A stretch of 63,242 nt of DNA, counting the filler, from Reticulomyxa filosa (taxonomy: Eukaryota > Protista > Foraminifera), in the NCBI GenBank assembly GCA_000512085.1. It is 18 parts of 18 records of this genome, joined end to end, with 100 filler letters (N's around TTAATTAATTAA, not from the genome) between each part and the next. Parts side by side here need not be neighbours in the genome. Positions count along the whole stretch, not along the records: positions 26,164 to 27,643 come from ASPP01018030.1; positions 27,744 to 29,072 come from ASPP01023025.1; positions 29,173 to 32,107 come from ASPP01012103.1; positions 32,208 to 34,083 come from ASPP01022483.1; positions 34,184 to 36,947 come from ASPP01009254.1; positions 37,048 to 39,051 come from ASPP01000384.1; 12 more parts are not named here. The stretch is one strand, 5' to 3'. A model generated the notes under the pieces. The model did no database searches, was not told where the DNA came from, and saw nothing but the letters and a program-made list of their open reading frames with translations. Shown here one piece after another: positions 26,700 to 39,151 of this stretch; within the stretch, counting starts at the first letter, position 1; each line of letters opens with the position of its first letter. The position numbers were made by a program, and so were the translations under genes.

Positions 26700-28207
26700 G
26701 CATTAAAAAAAAAATAATAAAAACCAAACCATCCTTGCTGCGTTTTTGATTTTTTTTTTTTTTTTTTAAATGTCAATCTCGTGTTTGGTCGGTTTTTTCT
26801 TGCTTTTTATTGTCAAATTTTCACTCTCTTTTCTTATGCGAAATGTTCAAGCAACATTTTTAAGAAATCAAATTATTTCGAAGAAGAAAAAAAGGTTGAA
26901 TTTTTCAATGTTGCACTAGATAGATTGGCAATGAACTAATCTTTTTAAAAAAATTTTAACGTGGGAAAGATTTTCACACACTTATCATCTTTTTTTTTTT
27001 TGCAGTCGACAAGAAAAAATCTTCATAGTGAAAGGCCTTCTTCATGGCTGAGGCTTTTGTATACGTTGCGGAATCGTATATTGTAAATAATACGTATACT
27101 ATAATTTGTACATATCCTTTTTTTTTGTCCAACCCTCCTTTTTCGTTTTAAAAAAACTACATCAATTAAGTTTGGGGCAAGTGTGACAATAGTTGTTGCA
27201 ACTAGTAGTTGCTGTGGTCTGCAGCCACGCTCTTCAATTTGTTTCTTTCTTGTTTAGTTGTTAGTTTTTCAAAACTTGTCAAACCAAAATAACTACAGTA
27301 TTACTCGTAAGCACTAACAAAGACTGCAAATCATGTCTACTTGCTAGTAGGCAGTTTTTCTTCAAAAGCATAAATTATTAAAAGTTTTTTTTTTGTTGAC
27401 ATGTTGCCAACTTGTATTTTAGTGTTTTTTTAAGCGCTTAGTACGTGATTAAAAATGAAATCTTGGAATTTTTAATTAAAATTTGAAGACAATTCAAGAT
27501 TTGCTCAATTATGCAAGTGTTATTATGTTTCACTTCATTTTATTAATGATTTGAATACTTTTTTTTTGTGAATCACAAAACTATCCCCAATTTGATGAGC
27601 ATTCTATTGAATAAGTAGAATACAACTAAATGAAGCAAAAAAANNNNNNNNNNNNNNNNNNNNNNNNNNNNNNNNNNNNNNNNNNNNTTAATTAATTAAN
27701 NNNNNNNNNNNNNNNNNNNNNNNNNNNNNNNNNNNNNNNNNNNATTATAACTTTACATCATAAAGGAAAAAATATTTTTATTTTTTTGTCGCATGAATAA
27801 GCATTTACTCACATTAACATCTACAAGGGAGAACTTTCGTTGTGTGAGTTTGAAAACAAATTTTTATCATATAGAAAAAAAGATTGTAGTTATTTTCCAA
27901 TGATAACAAAATATTAAAGAATAACTATTTATAAATGTTTATAAAAAAATCAATATGTTCAACAAGTAATCTTTTTCATTTTGATTCATTGCATAATTAA
28001 AAAAAAAGAGCGAATATTCTGATTTTTTTTAAATTTTGGATCATTTTTTTTTTTTTTTTTTAAAGACCAACTTATCTAACACTTATAAAACGCAAAAAGT
28101 GATTACAAAAGCATAAACGAATTATTTTTTTTTTTTTTTGTGTGTGTGTGAAACTTATTAAAGTAGAGCACGTTTGACAATAGTAGTAATGGGAATGACA
28201 AGTATTG

Positions 28208-29047
28208 TCAAGTGCATTTCTTATGGATCAGAGTAGGACCATGTTCATCATATTGCTCCTTCGAAAACCACATTTCTTGGAAAGGAGTCAAAGAAGAGAG
28301 GATGCTGCCACCAATGAAAGCCGAGTGTTTGCGATTTTCTTTGGCGGAGATTTTGACAGGAAGATCATTAGGCGCGATCAATGCGAGTTCTTTTGCAAGA
28401 CGTTGAGCAAAGCCAGAGAGCATAGAATTCCCCCCTCCAATCACAATGTTGCTGTACATATCTTTGCGAAGATTTACGTCGCAGTTTTGAATACAATCGG
28501 CAATGATCTGATGCAATCCTGCTTGCTCTTTTCCAATCAAGTCGGGTTGGAACATGGCTTCGGAACATTCTAACTTCTCATTACCAATAGTGAGTACGTT
28601 TCCATCGGGCAATTCATACGATGAATCTTTAATCGTTTTCATGTCCTCGTCATATTGCGACGAAACCGAACATAGCTTTTCTTTGATGTCTTTTACAATG
28701 CCTCTCTCCGCCGAGGTAGTAAACGAGCATCCTTTTTCAATAAGCAACTTTATCAAAAAAGCAGTCAAGTCTTGTCCACCAATGTCAATCTTGGACGACG
28801 CACGTACCAAACAAGTTCCGTCATTCACCGACACTATTGTCGTCACACCATCTCCAGTCTCCACCGCCAGACCTGTTGGACATCCTGTTGAAAACAATGT
28901 CAACAGCGCCTGTGGTGCAAGGTAAAATGCTGGCACGTTGAAAGTCTCAAACATTATCTGTGTCGTCTTTTCTCGATTCGCATTGGGGTTAAACGCTACT
29001 TCTGTCATTAGCAAAGGGTGTTCTTCGGGGGCTATACGTAATTCACT
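28208..29047 (-). CDS. Divergent actin or actin-related protein, 5' partial
   Basis: ELRIAPEEHPLLMTE..NP.ANREKTTQIMFETFNVPAFY, GDGVT, SFTTSAERGIVKDIKEKLC, YELPDG, RKDMYSNIVIGGG, IGGSILSSL..FQEMW.SKEQYDEHGP.LIHKKC. Confidence 0.93.
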   Translation of the reverse strand, partial: SELRIAPEEHPLLMTEVAFNPNANREKTTQIMFETFNVPAFYLAPQALLTLFSTGCPTGLAVETGDGVTTIVSVNDGTCLVRASSKIDIGGQDLTAFLIKLLIEKGCSFTTSAERGIVKDIKEKLCSVSSQYDEDMKTIKDSSYELPDGNVLTIGNEKLECSEAMFQPDLIGKEQAGLHQIIADCIQNCDVNLRKDMYSNIVIGGGNSMLSGFAQRLAKELALIAPNDLPVKISAKENRKHSAFIGGSILSSLTPFQEMWFSKEQYDEHGPTLIHKKCT

Positions 29048-29222
29048 TTTTTTCATTCCCCCCAAAAAAAAANNNNNNNNNNNNNNNNNNNNNNNNNNNN
29101 NNNNNNNNNNNNNNNNTTAATTAATTAANNNNNNNNNNNNNNNNNNNNNNNNNNNNNNNNNNNNNNNNNNNNACTCCCCTTTTTTGCCGTTCAACTAAGT
29201 GACATTTTGTGCTGGGGAATAG

Positions 29223-30215
29223 ACATACTGTTGCAACGAAGACCTACAACGGGCTTAATTCAGGAACGAATGTGTGTGAATGAAACCTGGTTCCAAATCT
29301 TTGATGTGGGTGGACAAAAGTATGGAATTTTTTTTGTATTTTTTTTTTTTTTTTTTATAAGTCTTTTTGCGGCTTTAAGTCAATTTATTGTAATTATTAT
29401 TTGGGGGAATGGAAAATGATAGTACATTGTCTGTGTATGTGTGTGGTAAAAAAATGAAAATTAGAAATGAACGTCGGAAGTGGATTCATCAGTTTGAAAA
29501 TGTTAGTGCAGTGGTGTTTGTGGCGTCGCTGAGCAGCTTTGACGAACCGATGTTCGACGATGAAACGATAAACAGTTTGCAAGACTCGATCGAATTGTTT
29601 GAGGATATTTGCAATACTCACTACTTTGTCCATCAACATATGATCTTGGTTTTGAACAAACAAGATTTGTTGCAAGAGAAAATTAACGCTGGTATGTGAC
29701 GGGATGAAAAAGGGGAGAGATTTTGTATATAAGTATATATATATATATGTATATGTATATAAGTATTTTTATGTATATAATATCCTTTGTAAAGAATTGT
29801 TTTTTGTTTTAATTAAAAAAAAAATTATATATGTATATGTTTAATGTAATTAAATGTTGTTGAAGAAACCAAAACACAACAAATGCAACTGACGTTGAAT
29901 GTAAGACGATTTGATATGACATGTGTGAACAATACAGGAAAAAAGTTACAGGACTATCCAGCAACTTCAGATTACGCCGGCGCAGAAAAAGATCTTGAGG
30001 CTTCCGTCAAATTCATTGAGTCAAAGTTTCGAGATGCTTTTGAAAGATCTATTGAGAAATTGAAGACATCGCCTCAACAAGCAACGGTAACTGCTGCACA
30101 ACATCGACTGCTCTTTGTTCGTGTGACTTGCGCTTATCAAGCTGACAATGTCAAAACCATATTTAGCGATGTCCAAGGCATTTTGACTGGAAAAATCACA
30201 AAAAACGAAAACTAA
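29223..30215 (+). CDS. Heterotrimeric G-protein alpha subunit, 5' partial, 3 exons visible
   Basis: Switch I DILLQRRPTTG, G3 FDVGGQK|NERRKWIHQFENVSAVVFVASLSSFD, G4 LVLNKQDL, G5 TCA. Confidence 0.93.
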
Positions 30216-32207
30216 AACGAAAACATACAAACGCACACACACACGCATATCCCTTGCTTTTCTATCTCTTTCTAGTCAAGAGAAGCGAAAAGGGAGGAGC
30301 AAAAAAAAAAAAACCAGATGTTGGGAATTCGGCCTTGGTTTGAGTTTTTTTGTTGTGTAATGTTATTGCCCGGCGTTTTACAAGCGCCCCATTTGTGTTG
30401 GTCTATGACGATCGTGTATTGCTTTTCTTTTTTTTTCCCAGCTTTATTTTGGGAAATGTAATCATTCTGACAATCTTTGACATAAAATTTGTCTTCAAAT
30501 ACTTGACTTTTTGCATGTAAATGCCTTGGCATTTGCCTATTGTAAAATAAATTCCAATCAAATAATTGATGATCTTATTCTGAATGATACTGTCGGACTT
30601 TGCACGTCCTATGCTAAGTCATTTTGCACACGCTCAAATATCTTGAATGATGTTATATTCTTAAATAATATATAAGATGGCTTTAATCTCAATAAAAAGC
30701 AAAATGGATATCTCAAAACCTGGAAAAACACGTAGGCACGGCTACCTGGTAGCAACATTCCAAAGGAACTTTAGACCCTTTTTTTACTTAAAATTTCTTT
30801 CCTTACTTTTCACGCCAACTTCCTTTGTTTTCTGCTTTTTGTAACTTTTATTTTATTGAAATTTACTTAAAAGAAAAACTCATGTATCACGCTTTTGTTG
30901 AGCGCACCCTCTTCAACGGCAAATACAATTTCACTTCAAAGAAATCACTTTGAATTTCTTTCGTGATTGCAGTATCTTGTGCTTGCTACTTGCTATTTTT
31001 GACACGCTGTTAGTGTTATATTTTATTTATATATTTCATTAATTGGGACACTTTGGCTACGTTATTTGCTGCAATATATGCACTATTGCATGCATATATA
31101 TTGTTATTATTTCTTTGATGAAATAAAAAAAGAAATTAAGGTGCTTGGTCTCAATGAACATGATAGGGAGAAAAATAAAAAGTTTGAATATGTTAGACAC
31201 AATGAAAATGCTGGGCATGCATTTTATTATTTTTTTTTCAATTTCCAAAATTTCAAAATATGAGTGGAAGCAATGAACAGCAAAAACAAAAATTTTTCTT
31301 TTTTTTGTCAATCATAAATATGGGTATATTTTTGTTTTTCTTTGAGCATTATCGTATTACACTTGAACGTGGTTGATTCGTGTTTATTAGTTTATCAACA
31401 CTGTAACGGTTATGGTTGAAGTACAACCACTTCGAACGGATGAAATATCAATTCTCAGCAACGGGAAAAAATACATCACAAAAGAGCCAATTGCAATTTG
31501 CATAGTTTTTTTAGACATGGTACACTGTTTGCAACATTCAAAAACAACAAACAATAAGCATTTAGTTCCATGTTTTTTTTGATCTTAATGAGCAAATTGC
31601 TCGACAGACTATCAGTTTGTTACACTCGAAAATGAGCTTGAATACTTTTTTTTTAGGGATATATGAAAGGTTTTTAATTATTTTTCTGAGGTATGGCGGA
31701 ATTTGAGATCAAGTGTGAAGCAACATCTGGCTGGTACCAGGTTACCTTTTTGTGTGTGTTTTATGTGCAGCTTGTGAAACGAATTTCTTAGTGAGCATAA
31801 ATGTTGTGGAAAAAAAGGGTATCGTTGATGATTTCGATCCGAAAACAAAGAAATTTCATGTCGTGTACCCTGAAAAGTTACAAATATTTTTGGCATTGCA
31901 TGGGAAAGGCATGCATTTGCGCGTCCTTTTGTCTTAAAAAAGTTTTTTGTTTGCTGTTAATTTTTTTGAGGCATTTAAAAGAGAAATGTATTAATAAACT
32001 TGGTTCTGGGAAAAAAAAAATTTGACGTGTTGCATTTTTTGCAGCTGGAAACCGGCAAGCTGGGAAACCGCAGAGTCCATAAGGCCAATTTCTGACAACA
32101 CTGACCCNNNNNNNNNNNNNNNNNNNNNNNNNNNNNNNNNNNNNNNNNNNNTTAATTAATTAANNNNNNNNNNNNNNNNNNNNNNNNNNNNNNNNNNNNN
32201 NNNNNNN

Positions 32208-34083
32208 AAAAATAATCAATGTATTTTTAACTTTAACCTTCTTGCGAATGCATTCGGATCGACCAAGCCAACCATTTCATACCAATCTTATTTGACAATA
32301 ACGGCAGATTTTTTCACATTGAAAAAAGCAATCCAATCATCAATTAAATTGCAGTAATATTGTCCAACCAAGTCAGCACCTTGGAAATATTTTCGTGTAT
32401 CTTTGGCACGTCAATATTGGAGATCACATTATACATACAGCATAATTATATTACTGCACGTAAAAGGAAGCAACCAATATTTGATTGAATTATGTGCATT
32501 GACGAATTGAAGCGAATTGAGGGCTAATTTGAATGTCGTTATATGATTGTAAATTCATACATATCATGCATAACCATTCAACGTACTGGTGAAATGAATT
32601 CCTTTTGTCGTCCTCTTTTATTCACCTTATCCTCTTGCCTCTCAATAGCCCATACTTCTTGCACGATTCATTGTCATAATCCATATACCACAATACTACT
32701 GGTCCACATTTTTGCTTCCTTCTTTTTCTGTTCTTCTTCTTCTTCTTCTTCCCTTAATATATTCTTCTTTCTTTTTCTGTATCCTCTTCCTCTTTCTTTC
32801 ATTACAAACATACAATTAAATTATCCATGCTCATATTGTTTTAGTTAATATATTTCACAACAACTGAAAATATAATACAAATAACATATACCTTCGAGTA
32901 AAGCTGCTATCTTTTGCGATTGATATTTTTGTATGCCATTAATTTGATTGTCTTGGAGTTGGTGATATGCATTTCCTGTCTTGAATTCGGTAATAGCAGG
33001 ATTGCATGCTATGAAGGAATTCTTCACAGAATATGCATTTATTTGAACTTTTCCACTTTTCTTTGCCCTCGCACTTCATTCGTCACACTCTGATGAAGCT
33101 ATCTTTCCTAGACTGTATGTATTGTATTTATTAATTTGTGCACTTACACAAACAATCCACTTTTGAGCTGTGATTGCGATAGACCAAGAAAACACCAAGC
33201 CGGACAACGGTATAATCGCGCTGCATCTGTCCATAGCTTTGATTCATATTGTCTTTGTAATTTTTGATGATGGCTTGCGGTATGTATAATATTTTGAGAT
33301 AGGAAATGCAATTTTGAGTTGCTTATTGGATATCAAATGATCAATTCGTGGATTGCTGATCATGGTTCCAATTCACTTGTTTGCTGGGCCCCGTGTTAAT
33401 ATGTCGACTGGGCGTGTTCAATATTGACTATTTATCAATACAATTTGGAGATGATGGAATGTAGGCAGTGTATTGCCGAAGGAGATCGAGTGGCTATAAA
33501 TAGCGCCAATATTATTTGCAAGCCGAGGATAAGACTTCAATGCTTCAATTCACCATTCAAGCTTTACAAGACGAGTTTGCATTACATACGTTATTATATG
33601 CCGATTCTACTCTGAACAACTTATTAATAATATCAATTCTTTCACTTGAAATATTTTTGTTGCTTCGAATCTATTTTCACAGGAATAAAGTAGCAACTGG
33701 ATATTTTTCAAAAAAAGAAAAAGTATTCAATCAAGCACATACTTATTCCAAACTCACTTTCGACGATTGTGAGATTCGGACATATGGAACTTGGTGTTGC
33801 ATTATTTCTATATTGCATCTTGAATGAACGCCTAATTCTTAGAATACTTGTTCGACCTTGTACGGGCATGCCAATACTTGAGAATGCTGGTATAATCTAT
33901 AGCCAATTTGAAGATTTCTCAGAATTATGTTCGTCCACACACGATCAACAAAGTTGTGGACGTAATAGGGATTTAATTGAATCGATAATGACAGGAATCG
34001 CAAGTAGTTGTATACATTACCAACTTTGTTTGACATGCAAATGTCCCGATCAATTTCTGAATGTTGCAGCTGGTGATCCATTT
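32208..34083 (-). mobile_element. Probable heavily decayed non-LTR retroelement remnant (RT C-terminus / RNase H region)
   Basis: Stop-riddled coding-like sequence with only weak resemblances (YNYLRFL..IQLN to the YLG..D..L motif; LWTDA to the RNase H TDGS motif). Confidence 0.3.
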
Positions 34084-34183
34084 NNNNNNNNNNNNNNNNN
34101 NNNNNNNNNNNNNNNNNNNNNNNNNNNTTAATTAATTAANNNNNNNNNNNNNNNNNNNNNNNNNNNNNNNNNNNNNNNNNNNN

Positions 34184-34223
<40 letters not shown>

Positions 34224-34229
34224 GAAGTA

Positions 34230-34839
34230 ACGTGTTGATGTGAGACTCTTGTGGATTATAGGAAAACATGTAAGGCGAAGCCAAACCCCAGCCTTCGAGT
34301 GTAAGGGTGAACCAACTGTCTGGATCACTTGCAAAATATATCCAAAATGGCACCGTCCAAGAAAATGGAATGATCAGTAGAAAATACATAAGTTGAGTCG
34401 ATATAGGCTTTCCTTGGCCAAATCTCCACACAAATGCCACACCATTGGCTACTTGTGTTAATAACATTATCGCTAAACTCGCCTTATAAAACTCATTTCG
34501 ACCACTTTTTTTTAATTCTATCAATACATATAAATCTGTTATTAGGTCGGCGATATTCAATATTCCATTCATCATGTCGTACCACTTCTCATCCATTCTC
34601 ATACATGTTTTGCGGGGTTTGGGGGGGTTCTGTCCTTTTTTTATTTTATTTCTTTGCTTATTTTTTTTTTCCTCAGTCAATATTCTGTGTCCTCCTACTG
34701 CCGCTCTTCGGTCGTTTGCACAAAACACTACCGAAAAGGACCCTTGGAAAAATGTTTTGTTTTTATGTGTATATTTGTATTTTTTGCCTGCTAGCGTCGA
34801 ATCATGGGTTATCATTATATCACTTATGGGTGCGTCCAT
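34230..34839 (-). CDS. Multi-pass membrane protein, possibly XK-related-like, 3' partial
   Basis: GILNIADLITDLYVLIELKKSGRNEFYKASLAIMLL resembles the D..TD first-helix motif of XK-related proteins; further TM segments follow. Two short introns are likely. Confidence 0.45.
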
Positions 34840-35254
34840 CTTTTTTTTGGTCCAATCATCCCTCTTTCTTTCTTTGCTTGCACTGACTCTGTACAATATT
34901 AAAGCGCAAAGAAATTGCTTATTTTGGAAAAAGAAACGCAAGTTGTAGTATTAGCGATCGCTGCTTTGTTTAGTATTGAAATTAAATTTAAAAATTTTTC
35001 ATTTTTAATTTGATAATTTTCAAAATGCATAGTATGTACCAAAAAAATGCTCTAAAAATTGGATATATTTTTGACGATATTATGGAGATTATTTAGTTAA
35101 CTTTTTTACAATGATGCTGTCAAATATATTTGTACCATGAGATACAATCGTCACATAATTTAATTTTTTACTGTTGGGCTCACTTCCATTGTTTAAATTT
35201 TGCCCTGATTAACTAGCTATTGCTTTAAACTTCTTCAATTTCAATTTCTCGAAA

Positions 35255-36893
35255 ATGTCTGAGTCTCAAAATGATTGCGATCCAGTTTCCTCTCAATATT
35301 TTCAAGACATAGGGGACTTAGAAACCTCAGACGCACAGCAACATGTGACAGAAAAAAAAGAATTGAGTAATTTAAATCACCGGCTAGAAATGTTTGTTCG
35401 ACATCAACGAGATAGTCGAAATGAAATAAGTCGCTTGCGAAAAGCATTAGTAGATACAGAGGTCGATTTAAGACAACGCCTCAAAGACGCTGAAAAACGC
35501 CATCAAATAATACAAGATAAGATCATGGCGGAGAACGAACAACTTTCGATACAAAATAAAACCTTACAAGATCAACTCGAAACTACGGAAAAGTTATGTT
35601 TTTGAAGTGAACTCATGCAAGGAGAATTTGTTTTTAAAAATTTTAGTATAAATAACTTGAAAAAAAATTAATGCATTCTTTTCCTCTCCTCGCAGAGCAT
35701 ATCAATCTTCTGAGTCTCGTCGTGCATCACTTGATGAAAAAGTGACATGCAAAATGACCGAGATAGAGCTGAAAGACCAGCAGTTGGAGATGCTCCAAAA
35801 CCAGCTGGAGGCACTGACGAACGAGTTGATTACTGTCAAATCATCCGTCAAACTAATGGTAAAAAATGACGAGCACACGGCAGAGCATCTCCAAGCGCAA
35901 TGTGACCAATGGAAAAACAAATTTGATGTGACATGTGAAGAGTTAGCCAAAGTTACTTACGCTTTTTTTTCATTTTTACTCCAAACTTTGACTCCAAACA
36001 TCGATCATTGTTTTTTTTTTCGGAATGAAGATTTTGGAAAATTCTCGACGAAAAAAAAGAAACTCTTTTTAAATAAATGCTTGAATTGCAATATTGTGAT
36101 AAAAATACTCAGATCAGATCTCGCTACAAATGTGACGTCGATAGCTATCAGCGATCATTTAGTGACAAATTAGTGGAAAATGAAAAGTTGAAAGAGCAGT
36201 TAAATGAATCTACAACAAAATTTCAAGATATGGAAGACCAATTGAGAAAAGAGTTTGACGTCAAGATGTTAGAAGTTTGGAGCGGTTTTATTGTATTTTT
36301 ATGTTTTTTTACTTCTTTGGTGGAAAGTTTGGAGTCACCCTTTTGTGCATGTGCGTACATACAAAAAGTTCACTCAAAAAAGAGAATCGCAATATCAAAA
36401 TGAAAAAGAAGAGTGGATAAAAATGTTTAAAGAAGAATTTCAAAAGAAATTGGCTCATTTCAAAGAGGAAAATGCTCAATATTTAGAGTCCAACAAAAAG
36501 TTGGAGTGTGAGATTGTTGATACCAAAGCACGGCTTGCCCGTGTTCGTCGTGAAAAATTGGAATTGGAGGCTGAGAAACGCTCTCTAGTTCATTTTCTTT
36601 TAAAGTTCTTTGTTTTAATTTTTTAATATGAATAATGCAAGGGTAGAAAAGAGGATTAAAGAGATGTGGTTGAGACCAAAGGGAAAAATATATATATACG
36701 CATATTTTTTCAAAAAAAGGAGGAAGAAGTGGAAAAATCGCACAGTGATGTGAATGAACTTCGTCAAAAGAAAGATGAAGAGATTCATGAAAAAACAGAG
36801 TCACTCCGAACTTTGAATGACACGATTCGGCAAAAAGATATCCAATACCAACAATTGTCAAGTGCAAAAGTGCAATTAGACAATGAAATTGCT
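35255..36893 (+). CDS. Lamin-like intermediate filament protein (head and rod; tail lost at contig end)
   Basis: Exons 35255-35592, 35696-35951, 36113-36274, 36369-36587 and 36720-36893 join in frame (383 aa). Coil-1A motif EKKELSNLNHRLEMFV and coil-2 end YQQLSSAKVQLDNEIA. Confidence 0.85.
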
Positions 36894-37303
36894 GTTAAGT
36901 GCTTGCTCTAGTAAACTTTGGATATCTATATACTCTTTTTTTTTTTTNNNNNNNNNNNNNNNNNNNNNNNNNNNNNNNNNNNNNNNNNNNNTTAATTAAT
37001 TAANNNNNNNNNNNNNNNNNNNNNNNNNNNNNNNNNNNNNNNNNNNNACTATACAAAATTAAAAACACAATACTTCAAATATCCAGTAACTTATTTTGCT
37101 ATTTGGCTACAATTTTGATTCATTATGTTTTTGAATTCTTTAGAAAACATTGAACGCTACTTTTTTAATTTTTTTAACAAAGTAAGATAGTAAAAAAAAC
37201 ATACCTTTCAATGCTTGCATTCAATCAAGTCAAACAAGTTTACTTTTCTTTTAAGCAAACTTTTCAAAAAAAACTTTCATTTCTTTAGATAAAAAGCAAA
37301 TTA

Positions 37304-37545
37304 TCCCTAAATACAAGTAAGACCATTGAGTGAACCATAAAACAAATTCAATTCTTTTCATTTTTGCTGTTCTTTTCTTTCTTTTTCAATTCAATAATTC
37401 CATTATATCCTTTCTAATCTCCTTTGATCACGTACAATTCTTTTTTGTTTAATTGTATTATCATGTGACCCAGAACATATCACATTTGAAATACTGTCAA
37501 CTTCATTACTATTTATTTACAAATGGTGAATATCTAACTGCAAAT
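37304..37545 (-). pseudogene. WD40-repeat family pseudogene, C-terminal remnant
   Basis: AVRYSPFV..SNVICSGSHDNTI..KELYVIKGD*..LFYGSLNG with stops and indels; same family as the neighbouring gene. Confidence 0.7.
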
Positions 37546-38174
37546 ATTTTCAAAATATATAAAAAAAAAGGTAAATAGTCAAAACAAATAACAAATTATT
37601 CAATAAATATTCTATGAATATTTTAAAATTTTTAACCAAAGATTTTAAAATTTATTACTTTTTAGAAAGTTTCCAAAAAAATATAGTATAACCTTTGCCA
37701 CTGGCCATTTATAATAATTGAGAAACTAAATTTAAATTATAAAGTTTACATATTAAATCAAAATGGCAACAACAATTGACTTTACGTGCATGAAAAAGAT
37801 ATTTTAAAATTTTCTTTTGCATTAATCGCTTGGACCTTATAATTTCTTTGAATATGATCCATAGTACTTATGATTTCCTACGAGTTGCCTATGTACATGT
37901 AGAAGCATTTCTTGCGCTATCCTTTGGCTTTGGTTGCTCGGTCTTGATGTGTTTATTCTTTGGTTGACTTGATTTAGCTACTAGAATTTTTCTCTAAGAA
38001 TTGGTTTGATTTTTATAAGATTCTATTTCATTCTTTTGATTTTTATTAAAAAGTTACTTTGAAAATTTAAGTAAATAGGAAACCAACTGGAAAAAAAAAA
38101 TTCTAATTTTTAAATCATACATATCGTTATCATCATCAAGGAAAACCTAAGAGAAAAAACAAATAATCAAAAGG

Positions 38175-39051
38175 ATGGACAAGTCTCTCAGTAAAAGAGT
38201 ACCCCCAGCACAAATACCAGCGGTAAGTTTCATTTCGCTCAATCTTAAGAAAGCTGTTTGCCGTTTTTATATGTGATTTAAGATAAACCTATCCGAAGAA
38301 AAAATTAAAGTAATGATTAAACATTGGATTCGAGTATTAAATATTAAATTAGGATGGATCAATGATTTTGATAAATTTGTTATCAAATATGTAAGTTTTT
38401 GTTTTTCATTTAATAGATAAATATTTTTTATCGTTATTGATGATAATCATTATTTAACATAGGCAAGCAATTTTTTCATGATTGACATGTTTCGTTCATC
38501 ATCTAAATTAATTAATACATTCCTTGGACATACAGATTTTGTGTGGGCTATTGATTATTCAGCATTTGATGGTAGTAACTTACTTTGTTCTGGATCAGCT
38601 GATGGAACATTCCGCGTGTGGGATGTAGATACTGGCAAACAAGTTCAATCGTTAAATGATAATTTAAATCAATTGTATTGTGTAAAATTTTCACCATATC
38701 ATTACCATAATAACCACCGTAATATTATTTGTTCTTCATCATTGGATAATACAATTCATTTTTGGGATATAAAAAAAAATGAACAATTGATCACATGTAA
38801 TGGACACACTAATAATGTTTGTGGCATGGAATTCTCACTATTTAGTGGTGGTAAATATTTGTGTTCTGGATCATATGACAAAACAATTCGTTTATGGGAT
38901 GTTGAAGCATCAAAATCATTACATGTTTTCAATGGACATGAAAATACTGTTTGGTGTGTTGATATTTCACCATTACAAAGCAATAATAAAAATGATAATA
39001 ATAAAATGAATAATATTGGTGTGATTGGTGGAAATGGATATACTATTTGTT
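38175..39051 (+). CDS. WD40-repeat protein of a lineage-expanded family, 3' partial
   Basis: HWIRVLNIKLGWINDFDKFVIKY, FRSSSKLINTFLGH, repeated CSGS.D.T.R.WD, DISPLQSNN..IGVIGGNGYTIC. Two introns with canonical GTAAGT donors. Confidence 0.92.
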
Positions 39052-39151
39052 NNNNNNNNNNNNNNNNNNNNNNNNNNNNNNNNNNNNNNNNNNNNTTAAT
39101 TAATTAANNNNNNNNNNNNNNNNNNNNNNNNNNNNNNNNNNNNNNNNNNNN

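Noticed and set aside
31752-31937. Tudor-like motif GIVDDFDPKTKKFHVVY
   Set aside because: Too short, and no consistent exon chain could be built.
32040-32107. Possible DNA transposon terminus (reverse strand GGGTCAGTGTTGTCAG)
   Set aside because: No partner inverted repeat, target-site duplication or transposase is visible, and it lies at a contig end.
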